Positions 14,240 to 28,605 are shown, counted from the first letter of the stretch. The stretch: DNA of 64,000 bases from Octopus vulgaris (GCA_951406725.2 OX597821.1:50034001-50098000), one strand, 5' to 3'. The notes: generated by a model from the sequence alone, not told the origin. Numbers and translations are program-made.

Positions 14240-14610
<371 letters not shown>

Positions 14611-15279
14611 AGAATTACTCATCTCTAAAATATAGAAGCGTTAACTGTAATAATATAATACTTTCTGTTCCTCAGTCCTTCACCTTTTCAGCTCATTTTC
14701 ATTATTAAATCCATAGGAACAAGACAATTTTCTGCTCTCACAAAATAGATCTCTCGTGAGACAATTTATTTTCTACTACGTATTTGTTGTGGATAATTAA
14801 TCGCCGCTGCTGTTGAATTTAATTTAAGACGTCTCGAAAGAAGATATCAAGTAGGACGCAAGGCAGTTGCGCTAAAAAGATACACTGGATATTGCACTTG
14901 ATATTTTTAAAAGAGTTGATGCGCGTGAGAGAGGGAAACTTACATTGCCTAAACATAAGATCTTGTAACGTCTACAGTGGGAACGATACGTTACAACATT
15001 GAGAAAATTATGTCTATTGCTCAAGAAGTTACTTCGTTAACTGCCAGGACCTTATTTTTCTATAGATCTAAAGAATGCTTAAAATTGAATGAATCGTGAG
15101 TGCGTAGATTGAGGATCAGAACCGGCGAAATGTATCTATAAACATAATGATAATTCAAAATTATTCAAGTTTTGACCATTTGTTGAAAAGTAAGGAGAAA
15201 CTTCTAATGAAAAACCCTTTCTGGCCAGTAAAGGTTGGTTTGAAAGGTTTAAGAAGCGCATGAATTTGCACAATATAAA

Positions 15280-16400
15280 ACGTTCAACAAAATTTTCAAT
15301 ACCTCGTTGATAGAAATCACCCGGTTTCGACTCGAAAAATTGATCCAACAAAGCTCTCAATTCTGCATCAGTATTGAATGAAACTCCGCGCATATCATTT
15401 GAAAGAGATCGAAAGAGGTGGAAATCCGTTGGTGCCAAATCAGGAGAGTACGGCGGATGTAGCAGCACTTCCCAGCCATGCATTTGAATGGCTTCCTTGG
15501 TCATATTGGCGATATGAGAGCGGGCGTTGTCGTGCAGCAGAACTCCAAGCTGACAATTAGGTCTTTTCTCTTGAATAGTCATGTTGAGTCATTCCATCTG
15601 TTGAGCATTGACTTCTACATTGACCGTTTGGTTCCGTTCAAGCAATTCGTAATGGATAAGCCCCTTCCAGTCCCACCATATGCACAACATCGTTTTACGC
15701 GGATGAAGAACTTGTTTCATGCGTGGTGTCGCTTGTTAACCGGGGCTAAGCCATTCCTTACGCTGCTTCATATTGATGTACAGGCACCATTTTTCGTCGC
15801 CGGTAATGATTCGGTAAAGAAATCGTTGCTTGTGTCCATGAGTTGAGCGGTGACGAGCAAGCAAACAAGCGGAGACTGTGGCCCGTTGATTTTTGTTAAT
15901 GTCACTTAAAGCATGTAGAACAGATGCTCCATACTTCTGAACCTTTCCCATCGAGCAAAAAATGTTTTCTATAGCAGAGCGGGAGCATTCCATTTCCTCT
16001 GCCAGTTACCTTGTCGTTTGACGAAGATTTTTGTGCAAAAGTTGGTTTAATCACTTTTCATCGAACTCAACTGGACGGCCAGAACGAGGTGCGTCTTTGA
16101 AGTCAACATTTCCATTTTTGAACTTGGCATACCAATCACGTGCAGTTCTTTCAGCTACGGCACCCTCTCCATACACAGCATAAATGTCGCGAGCAGCTTT
16201 TGCGGCCTTAGAACTTTGATTAAAAGCAAAAAGAAGGTGTCGAAAATGCTCGTTTTTCTTAACTTGACATTCCATTTTAATGATCTGAAAATAAACAAAG
16301 ATTAACTAAAATTAACCAGAAAAAAATAGATTCCAAAATTTAAAAACGCAATAAATTTCAAAATTTAAAAAAACGCGGGAACTTAGCTGCCAACCCAATA
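15280..16400 (-). mobile_element. Mariner (DD34D) transposon, frameshifted, left TIR present
   Basis: ORFs 16051..16275 (HFRHLLFAF...DAPRSGRP), 15736..15993 (RIITGDEKWCLY) and 15136..15582 (LLHDNARSH, HPPYSPDLAPTDFHLFRSL). TIR-like tattgggttggcagctaagttcc at ~16378-16400. Confidence 0.93.
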
Positions 16401-17221
16401 TATTAGTTAAATCAGTGATATCGGCGACAAAAAGGCAAGGCAAAATATTTCATAAGCTCTCTGTTGGCACACCAGGCTAACGATATTATTTAGATTAGTG
16501 AAGAACTCTAAGTAAACTTTTGGTAGGGTCTACAGTTATGGTTCACCACAATTCTGTATTGTAAATCCGTGGATGGGCTTCAGATAACCTGGTTTTTGCA
16601 GAGTGATATATAAGAAACAAGTTAAAATAATGGTCATTACATATAATTCCTTTATTATAGCAAATTTAGCTTACAGCTGTTTCCGATAGTCATTATAGAT
16701 AGGTTTACTCAATTGGTCAACTGAGAGGTGGTGATGAATGAAATGTATAATGTGTTTTTTTGTTTGTTTGTTTTTTACCTAAGTCTTTTCCTCCGTTACT
16801 TAGCCCGACTGTAACGCGATTAGTTGAATGAAAAGCGAAGAGCGAAAGAAAAAGGAGAGAAAATAAGGGTAAGACGAAGAGTGAGGGAGAGTTTTGTGTA
16901 TTAAGTCTATAAAATTATGCATAAATTATATAAAATGTATTAAGTAATCATCGCATTCCAATTTCTTTCACTTTTCAATGATTAGCAGATGAGCGACTAT
17001 CTTTTGATATAGACACAAGCTACGCTTTCAGGTTCTTTTGGATAAAGTTTTCAGAAATAATTCAATAAATTTACCATTAATTAATTCTCTCCTTTTCTCT
17101 TGTATTACTGCCCTCTCTGCTCACACAACCACAACTACCCGCTCTACCTTCACTGTTATTTCTGACCTCTGCCAATGCAATCCGCCCTGCGCTCTCTGCC
17201 CAGAGTGTTCAACAATACCTT

Positions 17222-17620
17222 AGGCGCAGCTTCGCTGTGTGGTAAGAAGCTTGCTTCCCATCCACATGGCTCTGGGTTCAGTCCCACTGTGTGGTACCTT
17301 GGGCAATTGCCTGTCTTCTACTATAGCCTCGAGCCGACCAAAGCTTTGTGACTGGGTTTGATAGACGGAAACTGAAAGAAGTCCGTAGTACATATTAATG
17401 TATATATCTATGTGTGTATGTCTTTGTGCCTATGCCTCTCTTCGGCATCACTTGAAAATCTGGTGTGCTTATGTCCCCGTAACTTAGCGGTTCGGCCTGA
17501 GAAACCGATAGAATAAGTACTAGGCTTTAAAAAAAGTCTTGGGTCGATTTATTCGACTAAAACCTTTCGAGACAATGCCCCAGCATGGCCGCAATCAACT
17601 GACTGAAACGAGTAAAAGAA
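17222..17620 (+). mobile_element. tRNA-derived SINE family B
   Basis: aggcgcag...gtgtggtaagaagcttgcttccca...gggttcagtccc head with A/B-box-like motifs. Body matches 23693-24088. Confidence 0.85.
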
Positions 17621-18039
17621 AATAAAATAAAAAAAAATTACCAAACTCACCTCACCTTCACCTCAACCACGACGAAGCCATTAATTTCATTTTGCGGTGG
17701 AAACTTTTGTCTTTTAATTCTTTACTTTGCTGTTATTCGTCACAGTATTCTGTCTGCACGCACCCTCTTTCCTCACTCTTTCTCTTTCTTTCTTTTTCTT
17801 TCTCCGCCTCTCTTTTTCTCACTTTCTCCCCCCTCTCTCTCTCTCCCACCCCCTCTCTCAACATCCACCCATTTTAAAACTCATTGATAGCCATCCTTAG
17901 TGTATTTCTTATCGATATTTGTTTTTTTTTTTTTTGTTTTTTTTTTGTTGAACTTAAGGAATGGTCAGTTCCACACAGCAGCATTCCATTCTTCGAAGGT
18001 AAATGACAAAGAAAAGAATGAATCGCCCACACCATCTTT

Positions 18040-18084
<45 letters not shown>

Positions 18085-18160
18085 TTCTTCTTCTTCTTCT
18101 TCTTCTTCTTCTTCTTCTTCTTCTTCTTCTTCTTCTTCTTCTTCTTCTTCTTCTTCTTCA
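18040..18160. repeat. (TCA)n(TCT)n microsatellite
   Basis: Directly visible. Confidence 0.97.
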
Positions 18161-18932
18161 TTTTTTTCTTTTTATTCTTTGTCAGTTTTCCTTCTCTGTC
18201 TTATTTTTCTTTCTCTGACTTATTTTTTTCTCCTTCATTTTGTTATTGCTATTCTTGTCTTCATTTTGTTTATTGATCTTCTTATCTTTTCTTCCTATTT
18301 TTTATATCCTCATCCTCCTCATTTCTTTTATTCCCCCACCCACCGTTACCACCAGTGCCTTCCTTCTTCCCCTCCTTTGCTGGATGTCTGGACCAGATGG
18401 TTCGTAGCAGCTAATTCGGTGCCACATCATTTTGAATTCCCATCCTTGTAGGGGCTATACAATAAGTTGTTATTTGAAGAATGTTAAGGGGGAGTGGATT
18501 AAGTAACAGCGCCACACAACATACCATGCGTTATTTAGCTTCGTCGTTCCTTCTCCGTTCTGAGTTCAAATTGTGCCGAGACCAAAATTACTTTTTACTT
18601 TTCAACCTTCAGGAAGTCGATAAAATTATAAATAAAGGAGAAAATAATTTTTAACTTTATACCACATTGAAAAATCAATATTAAGGCCTGAAAAATTTCA
18701 ACTTTCCGAGGTTGACAAAATAACGTGCCAGTCATACCCTTCCCATGGATAGAAATTGGTCATACCTTTCCCACTGGTAGAAACCAGTACAGATACATTA
18801 TCAAATTTCCGAAACAATCTGATTCCAAAACATTTCAGGATTACTGATTTTTCCGGGACATGTATGGTCATAAGTAAATTAAACAAATATCAAATTAATT
18901 AATTAATTAAATGATATGTAGGTACATGTTTA

Positions 18933-19060
18933 TTAATACAGTATTGTGCAAGGTGCCAGTAAACAAGGCTGGCGACAGCAGGAATGTGAAGTTCCTGCTC
19001 GTGAATGACTGTGAATTACAAGAGGTGTCCAGAAAGTCGATGTTGTACTTGGATTTTCAC
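18933..19060 (-). CDS. Candidate terminal coding exon of an unidentified gene (Cys-rich C-terminus ...SCCRQPCLLAPCTILY*)
   Basis: Acceptor ttatctttcag precedes 19060 on the minus strand. The phase-1 frame is open for 41 aa to TAA at 18935-18933, which overlaps AATAAA. The sequence is non-repetitive with raised GC. No upstream exon was identified. Confidence 0.4.
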
Positions 19061-19199
19061 CTGAAAGATAACCGTAGACTGGTATTCAGAAACAGATTAA
19101 ATTTCTGTCAGTGTTTAGTTAGGTTTCTTTAAGTTCTCAATTCAATTCCTGCTAAGATCGAATTTGCCTCTCATTTTTTATTGAAATTATTATTTCAGT

Positions 19200-19700
19200 G
19201 CTATATCTCTTTCTAATTTTCGCACAAGGCCTGCAATTTTTAGGGCAGACGGTAGGTCAATTACATCCAGTCCAGTACTTACTTGATTGGTACATTATTT
19301 TATTGACCCCGAAGGAATGGAGAGCAAATTCGACCACGGTAGGAATTTGAACTTACAATGTAAAGTGATGGAAGAACCACCACAAGGAATTCTCCGATTC
19401 CCTAACAATTTTGCCAGCTCGCCACTCTAAGAATAGTTTCAAATTTTAGTACAGGGCCTGCAGTTTTGAGGGAAGAGTAAAGTCGATTGCATCGACCCTA
19501 GTACTTGACTGTACTTATTTTATCGACCCAAAAAGGATGAAAGATAAAGTCAACCTCTGTGGTATTTGAACTTAGAACGTGAAAACGGACGAAATGCAGC
19601 TTGACATTTTGCCCGGTGTGCTAATGATTCTGCCAGCTCGCCACCTTTTTTCTTTCTTCTACAAACACAAGGTCTGAAATTGTGAGGTCTGTCGATTACA
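19200..19700 (-). mobile_element. Stacked decayed SINE family A copies
   Basis: Two to three consecutive reverse-complement copies of the SINE A core. Confidence 0.75.
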
Positions 19701-19704
19701 TCGA

Positions 19705-21700
19705 CAACCGGCAATGCCCTCCGATAGCACTGCCAGGTTAGAGATTTCTGGAAATTATCTCCGGCCCGAATTTCCTCCGGAGTGGCCAGCCAGTTTATTT
19801 TCTTTGACGTCCAGAATTCCCACCGGAACATCATTACTTTTACCCACTACTAATCTAACGTCATGGCGTAATATCCATCGACCACCTTGCCCGACTGGTA
19901 GAGAGGTGTAAGCGCCTAACGGCACTCAAGGTGCCAGGCACCTTGCCTTGGTGTACGCTTGATCTAGGATGTCAGAGAGACGAGCTGCGAAAAAGCGCGT
20001 CTAACGGACGTCAACCACACCTGTTCAGTGTCAGGAAAATCTAGAGATGTCGTACGTAGCCTCAGCATATGACGGTACATCATTAGCCACGGTATGCCCA
20101 GTCCTCCACGCAGCAGATATTAACAACAAATGGGCCGTTTGACCAGCGGTACAAGTCTCCTTCCACAGAAAGTGGAATAGCAAGCGTTTCATTTTGGTCA
20201 CTTATGAAGAGAGACTAGGCACGACGGTCAGGCGGTAATAGATAATAGATTCACTGTTGATATTCATCATCTCCATCCGGCTCATCAAGAGTAGTTTCCT
20301 CTCGGCTCATTTCTGGGTGAGACTAGCCACACTACAAGTTATATCGTTCCTGTTCTTGTCTACCTCATGGTTTTAATCCAACTAAAACCCGAGCTATTTA
20401 ACTGGTCCGACTGTCTAGCGACTCACTAAGTTATTAGAAAAGCATGGACCTGCATCCTCAGATGCCGATTTGAAGGTCCAACGACTTCCGGTTAATTTTT
20501 GCTCTTCTCACCGCTTCGTATTCCCTTAGAGTCGCACCATACCCTCGCACCGATACTATTACAGTATCGTTGTCCGCATATGCAGACATGCATTCTAGTT
20601 CCTACGGGTCATCTCGCGAAACTTCCAACTTCTGCAGTTGAGGCTCTTGAATCTACGCACAGTGGGAGAGATAAGGGTCACACTTGATGGACCGCATGAT
20701 ACTAGTGACTATTTACTCCGACTACCGAGCAAATGTCACTGTACATTGCAATGATCCAACTTCTGAAGATGAGCCGCGTAGATGATAGCCATTTGATGGT
20801 CCCTGGGATTGAGTGACTTGGCTTCCATGAAATTTTGAAGATTCTTTGGGAAGTCCTTTAGGATCTTCCTACTAGGGACCCTTGCACGCAGACTTGCCAT
20901 ATCCTTGGGGAAATTTTCCTTCAGCATTTTGACAGTGCTGAACCTGAAGACCTCTCCCTCAGTTTCTATCTTATTTTTCATTCGTACGTTTTATCAGCAC
21001 AAAATTTGGAGTGGGTGTGTTTTGGTTGATATTGCTATGTTAAGTACTGCTCTTGTGTGTTTTGTTTTTGCTGAAATGGGTGCAGGTGGAGAAGTTGTTG
21101 TGGTGCATTTGTCTATCTTTGGTGTGGGTGTGGTTTTAGTAACACTATCGAGAACGTGTGTCTCGTTCAAAGTGGGTGTAACTTTTTTAATATTATGCCT
21201 TTTTTATCGCTGTTTCCTTTTTATTTACTTGGCTGTCCTTCTTCCTCACAAGATAACATTTCCCCATCAGAAGGATCCGATGTGGGTGATGGTGGAGGCT
21301 TGTTTGCGCGTGTATCAGTGTGTGTGTTTGTGTTTGAATATGGGGGAGATAGGAAGCGTGATAGAGAGAGCTTCGTGTTAAAACATTTCCTGGGCTGCGT
21401 GTTTTGATTCTGTCATGAGTGTCATTGTAGCTGATATTGGTGTTGGTGCTGTTGCTGTTGTTCTTGTTCCTTTTGCTTCTGTTGTCGCTGTTATTGAGGC
21501 TGTGGTGTCGACAAATGTAGATGACTCGTCTCTCCTGCTTTTAGCTGTGGGCAGAAGACTCTGAAACAGCCCTGCGCACCACACAAGAGGCATCTTAACA
21601 ATCATAAGGTGCAGTTCCACTCCATCGAGCCGGTGGGTAAGATCTTGGACAATGGTCCACGTGGCCCTTAGTGGTCCATATAAAATTTTGCTGTTAAAAT
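19705..21700 (-). mobile_element. Heavily deleted L1/Tx1-like element (ORF1 relic ~20740-21700, ORF2 relics ~19705-20735)
   Basis: Knuckle-like RCLLCGAQGCFRVFCPQ (~21545-21597) followed by a Thr-rich tract, SAYADN (YADD-like, ~20570-20587), and DNFQKSLTWQCYRRALPV (ORF 19550..19834), similar to the other two L1-like copies. Confidence 0.7.
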
Positions 21701-22039
21701 TTATCTGCAATAAATTGCTTGTACTTCTACAATACACATTCTTTAATACAATTCCTTATTATAAAAATGCAGCAGGATGGTTTTTTTTTTATAGAAATCG
21801 ATCAGCTATGGAGGTCCCTTAGAGTAAAATAAGAATCAAAGGGATCCTTGGGTAAAGAATGGTTGAGAATCACAAGTCTAGGATACTTCCCAACTCCTCC
21901 AGTTTAATCTGGAGTGATATATTCCCACTAAGGTTCCAGTCCCAGACCCTTCTCTGTTCGTTTCACTTGAAGGCGGATGTTACTGCTCTCCAAAATAACA
22001 CATGCCAGCAATCACCAGATTTACCAACCAGGTGGACAG

Positions 22040-24560
22040 TTCGTTCGTCCTAAATGGCACAAAACCAGCAATTGTATAAGCGGGTGTTAGTCGATTACAT
22101 CGAACCCAGTAATTGGCTGGTACTTTATTTTATCAAACCCCGTAAGAATGAAAGTCACAGTTGGCCTCGGCAGGATTTGAGCGTTGAAAATAAAGATCCA
22201 GAATAAATACTACTGGTAAGAAGTTTGCTTCCCAATCACATGGTTCCAGGTTCAATTTCACCGCGAGACACCTCGGGCATGTGTCTTCTACTGTTGTGGT
22301 TGTTTTTGGTGACGGCAGCGGCGGTGGTGGTGATGGTGGTAGTGGTGGTGGCGGCGGCGGCGGCGATGGTGGAAGGTGCTGTTAACAGTTCTCTTCCAAT
22401 CACCGTTTAAATCTCACTAGCTTTCTATCGAAGATTTCGACGCTTCCCCACACACACATGCACACACACTTTATAATTTCACACAAAAACTACAAATTCC
22501 GTCCCGAATGGTGATCATGCAACAGAATTAAGGAGCTCCACAATAGCTTGGTCACTTCTGGAACAACGCAAAGCAAGAAGTTTTAAATGTAGACTCTTAC
22601 AATTGTTAAAATAAAACATACGAAAGACTCGAATTGACGTGCTGTCGATACCAAAACGACAACAATAATCTGTCAAATTCTAGAGCACAAGGCTTGCAAT
22701 ATTAAGGGGTTTAAGAAAATCGATTACATCGGTTTTAGTGCTCAGTAATGTCGATCAGGCGGAATTTGAACTCAGAAAATAATGGACCTGAAGAAATGCT
22801 GCTAAGCATTTTGTCCGAGACACAAACGATATCAGCTCGTTGGTTTCTTCAACAATTCTTTCTAATTTTTAGCACAACTCCAGTAATTTTGAAGATGTAG
22901 CGGCAAGTCGATTACATCGACCTCAGTGCACAACGGATATTTATTTTATCGACCCCGAAAGGATAAAAGAAGTTATCAGCGAGCTGACTTTTGAACTCAA
23001 GAGTGTAAAGAGTCGGAAAAAAAAATGCTGCAAAGTATTTTATCCGATGCGCTAAAAATTCTGTCCCCTCGCTGACAACTTTAATAATGTTTCAAATTTT
23101 GGTACAAGGCCAGCAGTTTCTGGGGGAGGGGGGGCAAGTTGATTTCATTGATCCAGTACTCAACTGATACTAATTTCATCGACCCTGAAAGATATGAAAG
23201 GTAAAGTCGACCTCGGCGGAATATGAACTCAGAGCACAATGACAGACGAAATTCCGGTAAGCATTTCATCCGTCTTGACAACGATTCTGTCAGCTCACTG
23301 CCTTACTGGCAACTTTAATAATAGCAAAATAATTTATAACATAGCATAAGGCCAGACATTTGAGAGGAGAGTTCAGTCAATTACATTGGTCATATTTAAC
23401 TGGTATTTTATTTTATCGTTCCTTTAAAAAAATAAATAGTAAAGAAAACTAGGATGGTATTTGAACTCAGATCGTAAAGAGTCAGAAGAAATCCACGAAC
23501 TATTGTCTCTGACTCGCTAACGCTCCTGCCAACTCACCGTCAAGTAATGATCGTCTCTAATTTTGGCTCAAGACCAATAATTTTCAAGTAAGGATTAAGT
23601 TGTTTTGTTCTCAGTACGTGACAGGTATTTTATTCTAACGAACCTGGAAGGATGAAGAATAAAATAGATTGACGTCAGTGTGGTTTGTACACAGGCGCAG
23701 GAGTGGCTGTGTGGTAAGTAGCTTGCTTACCAACCACATGGTTCCGGGTTCAGTCCCACTGCGTAGCACCTTGGGCAAGTGTCTTCTACTATAGCCTCGG
23801 GCCGACCAAAGCCTTGTGAGTGGATTTGGTAGACAGAAACTGAAAGAAGCCCGTCGTGTATATATGTGTGTGTGTATATATGTTTGTGTGTCTTTCTTTC
23901 CCCCAATATCGCTTGACAACCGATGCTGGTGTGTTTACATCCCCGTAACTTAGCGGTTCGGCAAAAGAAACCGATAGAATAAGTACTGGGCTTCCAAAGA
24001 ATAAGTCCTGGGGTCGATTTGCTTGACTAAATGCGGTGCTCCAGCTTGGCCACAGTGAAATGACTGAAACAAGTAAAAGAGTAAAGAGGAAAAGAAAAGA
24101 GTAAAAAGGTAAAGAACATAATCAAATATCGCAAGGCATTTTTCCCGATGCTCTAACGATTCGGCCAAACCATCACCCTAGTGATTGTTTCTAACATAGG
24201 TACAAAGCCAGACATTTTGAGGAAAAGGATAAGTCAATAATGTCGCCCCAGTATTTGACTGGGGCGATATTATCGACCACGAGAGGATGAAAGGCAAAAT
24301 TACCTTCGGCGGAATAAGAACTCAGAACATTACAGAGCAAGTGTAAATATCACTATAGCGATTCTGCTAATCTACTGCTCGGTAGGCCTGGGGTTTCGGA
24401 AGGCTAGTCGATTACATAGACCGACCCCAGTACTCAACCGATACTTTATTTATCGACCAAGGAAGAAAGACAGGCAAACCTGCCCTCGGCGAGATTTGAA
24501 CTCAGAACATTACAGAACTTGAGCAATTATCGCCATAAGGATTCTACCCATCTACAGCCC
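22040..24560 (-). mobile_element. Dense stack of decayed SINE family A copies, predominantly minus strand
   Basis: Recurrent gtcgattacatcgacc...aggatgaaaggcaaagtcgacctcggcggaatttgaactcagaa variants at about 200-250 bp spacing. Confidence 0.75.
23693..24088 (+). mobile_element. tRNA-derived SINE family B, full length
   Basis: Head aggcgcaggagtggctgtgtggtaagtagcttgcttaccaaccacatggttccgggttcagtccc, internal (TG)n, and gtaaaaga tail repeats. Near-identical reverse copy at 32097-32516. Confidence 0.92.
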
Positions 24561-26179
24561 TATAATGACAATATTTTCTTTTATTTGCCACAACAGAAAC
24601 AAAGAACAAAAGCCCCAAAGCTACGTCAGGTTGATATTTTCAGAAAAAATAATACCATCAAAGCTACTTGATTTAAGAAAAGTAATTTGTCATGGGTATA
24701 ATTATCTTTTGTGATCATCAGATTCTCTACCTATTGTGTAACTCTTTCACTTTAAGTTTTGAAGAGGTGTCAAGGAAGATATCTGTGTCCTGATATCACC
24801 TTGCCAGTCCTTCATTTGGTCATTTCCGCTTTCTGTTTCATTTAATCTTTTCCTAAGGACCTATTAACCTCTAAATAGTTTGCCTGTTTTTCTTTTTGTT
24901 TTTTTGTTGTTTTTTTTTCCTAAAAAATAATGCTAATTTTCACGTCTACTTTTGTGCTATATTGTCGCTTGTTTTTCTACTACAATTAATGTGTTGCTAT
25001 TGTTATTGCTGCTGAGGCTTCTGTTTTTAAGTTCTGAATTCAAATGCCTCCGAACTCAACTTAGCCTTTCATCCTTTCAGTGTCTAGAATAAGGAGCAAT
25101 TGAGTACTGGGATCGGTGTAATCAACTAAAACCTTCACCGCAAAGTTTCAGGTTTTATGCCTTTAGTATAAAGAACTATTATTGCTGTTGTTGTTGTTAC
25201 TACTGATAATGTTGTTGCCGTTGTTCTTGCAGCTGTTACTGTTGCTATCGTTTTTTGTTGCTTTGCTCTTGCTGTTGTTACTGCTGCCGCAGTTTGTTGT
25301 TCTAGTTGTTGTTATTCTTGTTCCTGCCTAGCTTCTGTTACTCGGATTAAGCTGGGTTTCGTACTTTCCCCGCTAAGACACATTCGACCCACATATTTCC
25401 CCACTTGTCCCTTCTCTTGTGTCCAACCCATTTGGCCCTGTACTAACAGCATCAAACTCACTAGTCTTAGAGGGAATACAGATGCCATAGGCACTGCACC
25501 TTCGTCTAGGCTCAGTAAAAGGTATAGAAATGGCCCAGGTCAACTCTGATTGAACAAACCTACGATGTAAGGCATTTCAGCCGTGACACTCCATTTTCTT
25601 TAGAGATTGGTACAACATCACCAGATGTTTCATTTATGTTTTAACGCGACAGGGCCTAATTTGAGGGATTTTTACTGCTATTTCAAGCGGTACAAGTAGC
25701 CAAATAGAAGTTGTAACAGTGGTGTAGCTGCGCCATTTACTCTTTAGTAGTATAGTTTGTGATTTGAGGAATATTTTGCTACTATTTCTAGCAGAAAGAA
25801 TGGCAAGTAGAAGCTGTAATAGTAGTGTAAATGTATTATCTACTTTTTATAGTATGATAGGTTGTGATTTGAGGGATATTTTGTAACCATTTCTAGGAGA
25901 TCGAGTGACCACATAGAAAGTGTTGAAGTGGGGAAGTTGGTAGTGATAGTTCTGTAATTGAATCTGCTGTCTGCGCCCAGAATTCCTGTGCTGACATTTG
26001 TTTAGTGACACTAAATATTTGTACACAGTCTTCATAATTACAACGTACAGCAAGAAACATCTATCAAAGGTTTTCTTTTCTCTTTATTTCTTCCTTTCTT
26101 TCTTTTTCTTTCTTTCGTACTTTCTTTAAACCTTCCTAAAATTTCTCCCAAACAATGTTACCATAATCAAGGTGTGGTT

Positions 26180-26620
26180 TCATTACAGTCTTAAAATATT
26201 TTTAAACTTCAAGTGACCGCATGGGATGCATTTTACCACGTCGCACCAAGAATTCTCCATTGACTTTACTAGATCTTCAATACCATCTGACATTAACATC
26301 AATGTAGTTGAATGCTTTTCTTCCTCTATTAGACTGCCAAAGTCTCCAAAATATAACACCTCGCATCGCTTAGTATTCAATAACAATAACGCTGTGCATC
26401 CTGGCTTACCCTGCGTAGAGAAACAAAAACCGTGGTATATGAATTACATGGTCCTAAATATAAACTATTATATTTTCTACATCCGAGAACAATAACCGCC
26501 AAAAAAGGGAAACAATCAGTTTATTGAAATTACTTACAACATTCTTCATGCTCTCATTGCCATCCACAACCATGAATATCTTAGAGACATCACCAAGAAC
26601 ACTTATAATTAACAACAATA
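26180..26620 (-). mobile_element. Possible Tc1/Tc3-like transposase relic
   Basis: Minus-strand pieces LLFSDVE (VLFSDE-like) and IEDLVKSMENSWCDVVKC (resembling the Tc1 C-terminal LVKSMP.R). Very decayed. Confidence 0.35.
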
Positions 26621-26895
26621 CATGTCGTAACCGCTCCGAAATATAATTGCTCCTTTACAACAGTCAACGATGCTATAAAATGAATATCGAATTGTATGAA
26701 CCAAAGGACAAAGAGCGTTGTACAGAAATTATTGCGAGCAAGTTAGACTTCCTAGTAATAGCAATCGAGCATCCCTCAAGTTGCGTCCTACCATCATAAA
26801 CGATATATATATGTACATATGTGTATATGTGAGTGTGCGTGAGTGAATGAGCGTATGTCTGTCTGTCTGTTTGTCTGTTTGTCTGTCTGTCTGCC

Positions 26896-26932
<37 letters not shown>

Positions 26933-26950
26933 GTATGTATGTATGTATGT

Positions 26951-27178
26951 TCTCTTCAGGTTTAAATTATTTAAATTCTTCCTCTGAGGAAGGAGCTGGT
27001 TTCTAACAAAGATACAAAGCTCCATCGCTGGATTGTAGGTAGCAAACACAATGTTACATGTGAAACTTGATAAAAGTCTTGCATATTCTTATTGTTCCAC
27101 TTATTGCTTGTATTTGAAATGTGCGAGTTTGTTGGTTGATTTCTTTGTTTGAAAACCCAAGCTTATCCAGATTGTAAC
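26951..27178 (-). mobile_element. 5'-truncated LINE-like 3' end embedded in (CATA)n
   Basis: Minus frame LDKLGFSNKEINQQTRTFQIQAISGTIRICKTFIKFHM* plus a short 3' UTR, with (TATG)n on both sides. Confidence 0.55.
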
Positions 27179-27704
<526 letters not shown>

Positions 27705-28289
27705 GTGAGGGATAGAGCTTTTCATCAATGACAATTTCATCAGAACTGCCTTGATGTTAAACAACGAGAATGATAAGAATTTTAAGCTAAAATGTCATGC
27801 CAAGAGTAACAACAGCATCCATGTAAGGAGTTTAAATCGCACGAACCACTGAGCTCATTGTCTGATGTCATTTCCAGTCGAACATTTTCTCATTTGCATA
27901 CATTTGAAACAAAATATCTCTCAATTAAGATAGTAATTGCTTGCCCTTCTTTCGAAATTTAAACGTGCAAGTTTTTTAATCTTTATTTGGGAATGGCTTC
28001 ATCTCCTAAATCTTATTCACTATTTGACAATGTATAGTCATAAATCTCAACACTGGAAATACATAAGTCTTTTTTTATAACTCTTATTTAGTCACGTAAG
28101 TTAAAATTTGGACTTAGCTTTATTGAAGACCTGAGTATCACCATAACAGTAACACTATAAATACTACCTCCCTTACTGCTAACGTCTTCATCAGCCATGA
28201 CAACAATAATGACGTGTCAATGAGGGAATCTCAATGTTATCTACAACATGCAACAATTTGCAGTCATATGCTCCTTTATATAGACAGTT

Positions 28290-28605
28290 GTGGAGGCGCA
28301 TGGCTCAATGGTTAGAGCGTCGGACTCACAATCATGTGAGTTCGATTCCCGGACGGTTCAGTGTGTTGTATTCTTGAGCAAGACACGTTATTTCACGTTC
28401 ACTCAACTGTAGAAATGAGTTGCGACGTCACTGGTGCCAAGCTGTATCTGTCTTTGCCTTTCTCTTGAATAATATCGTTGGCATGGAGAGGGGAAACTGG
28501 TATGCATGGGTGACTGCTAGTCTTTCATAAACAACCTTGCTCAGACTTGTGTCTTAGAGGGTAACTTTCTAGGTGCAATCCCATGGTCATTCATGACCGA
28601 AGGAG
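28290..28605 (+). mobile_element. tRNA-derived SINE, third family
   Basis: Head tggaggcgcatggctcaatggttagagcgtcggactcacaatc...gagttcgattcccgg has A and B boxes and is followed by a non-tRNA body (ttcttgagcaagacac...). Confidence 0.75.

Noticed and set aside
16660-16730. Minus-strand GAAACAGCTGTAAG, resembling the 3' half of a PLE hammerhead
   Set aside because: No CUGANGA half could be found upstream in this copy.
22040-24560. CRISPR-like repeat-spacer array
   Set aside because: The repeats are long, decayed and irregular SINE copies in eukaryotic DNA, and there are no cas genes.
24750-24862. Minus-strand VLRKRLNETE segment reminiscent of a coiled-coil exon
   Set aside because: Weak acceptor, too short, and a frameshift is needed to extend any resemblance.
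28290-28365. tRNA gene (also the heads at 23693 and 30707)
   Set aside because: A and B boxes are present but there is no complete cloverleaf, and the sequence continues into a SINE body.
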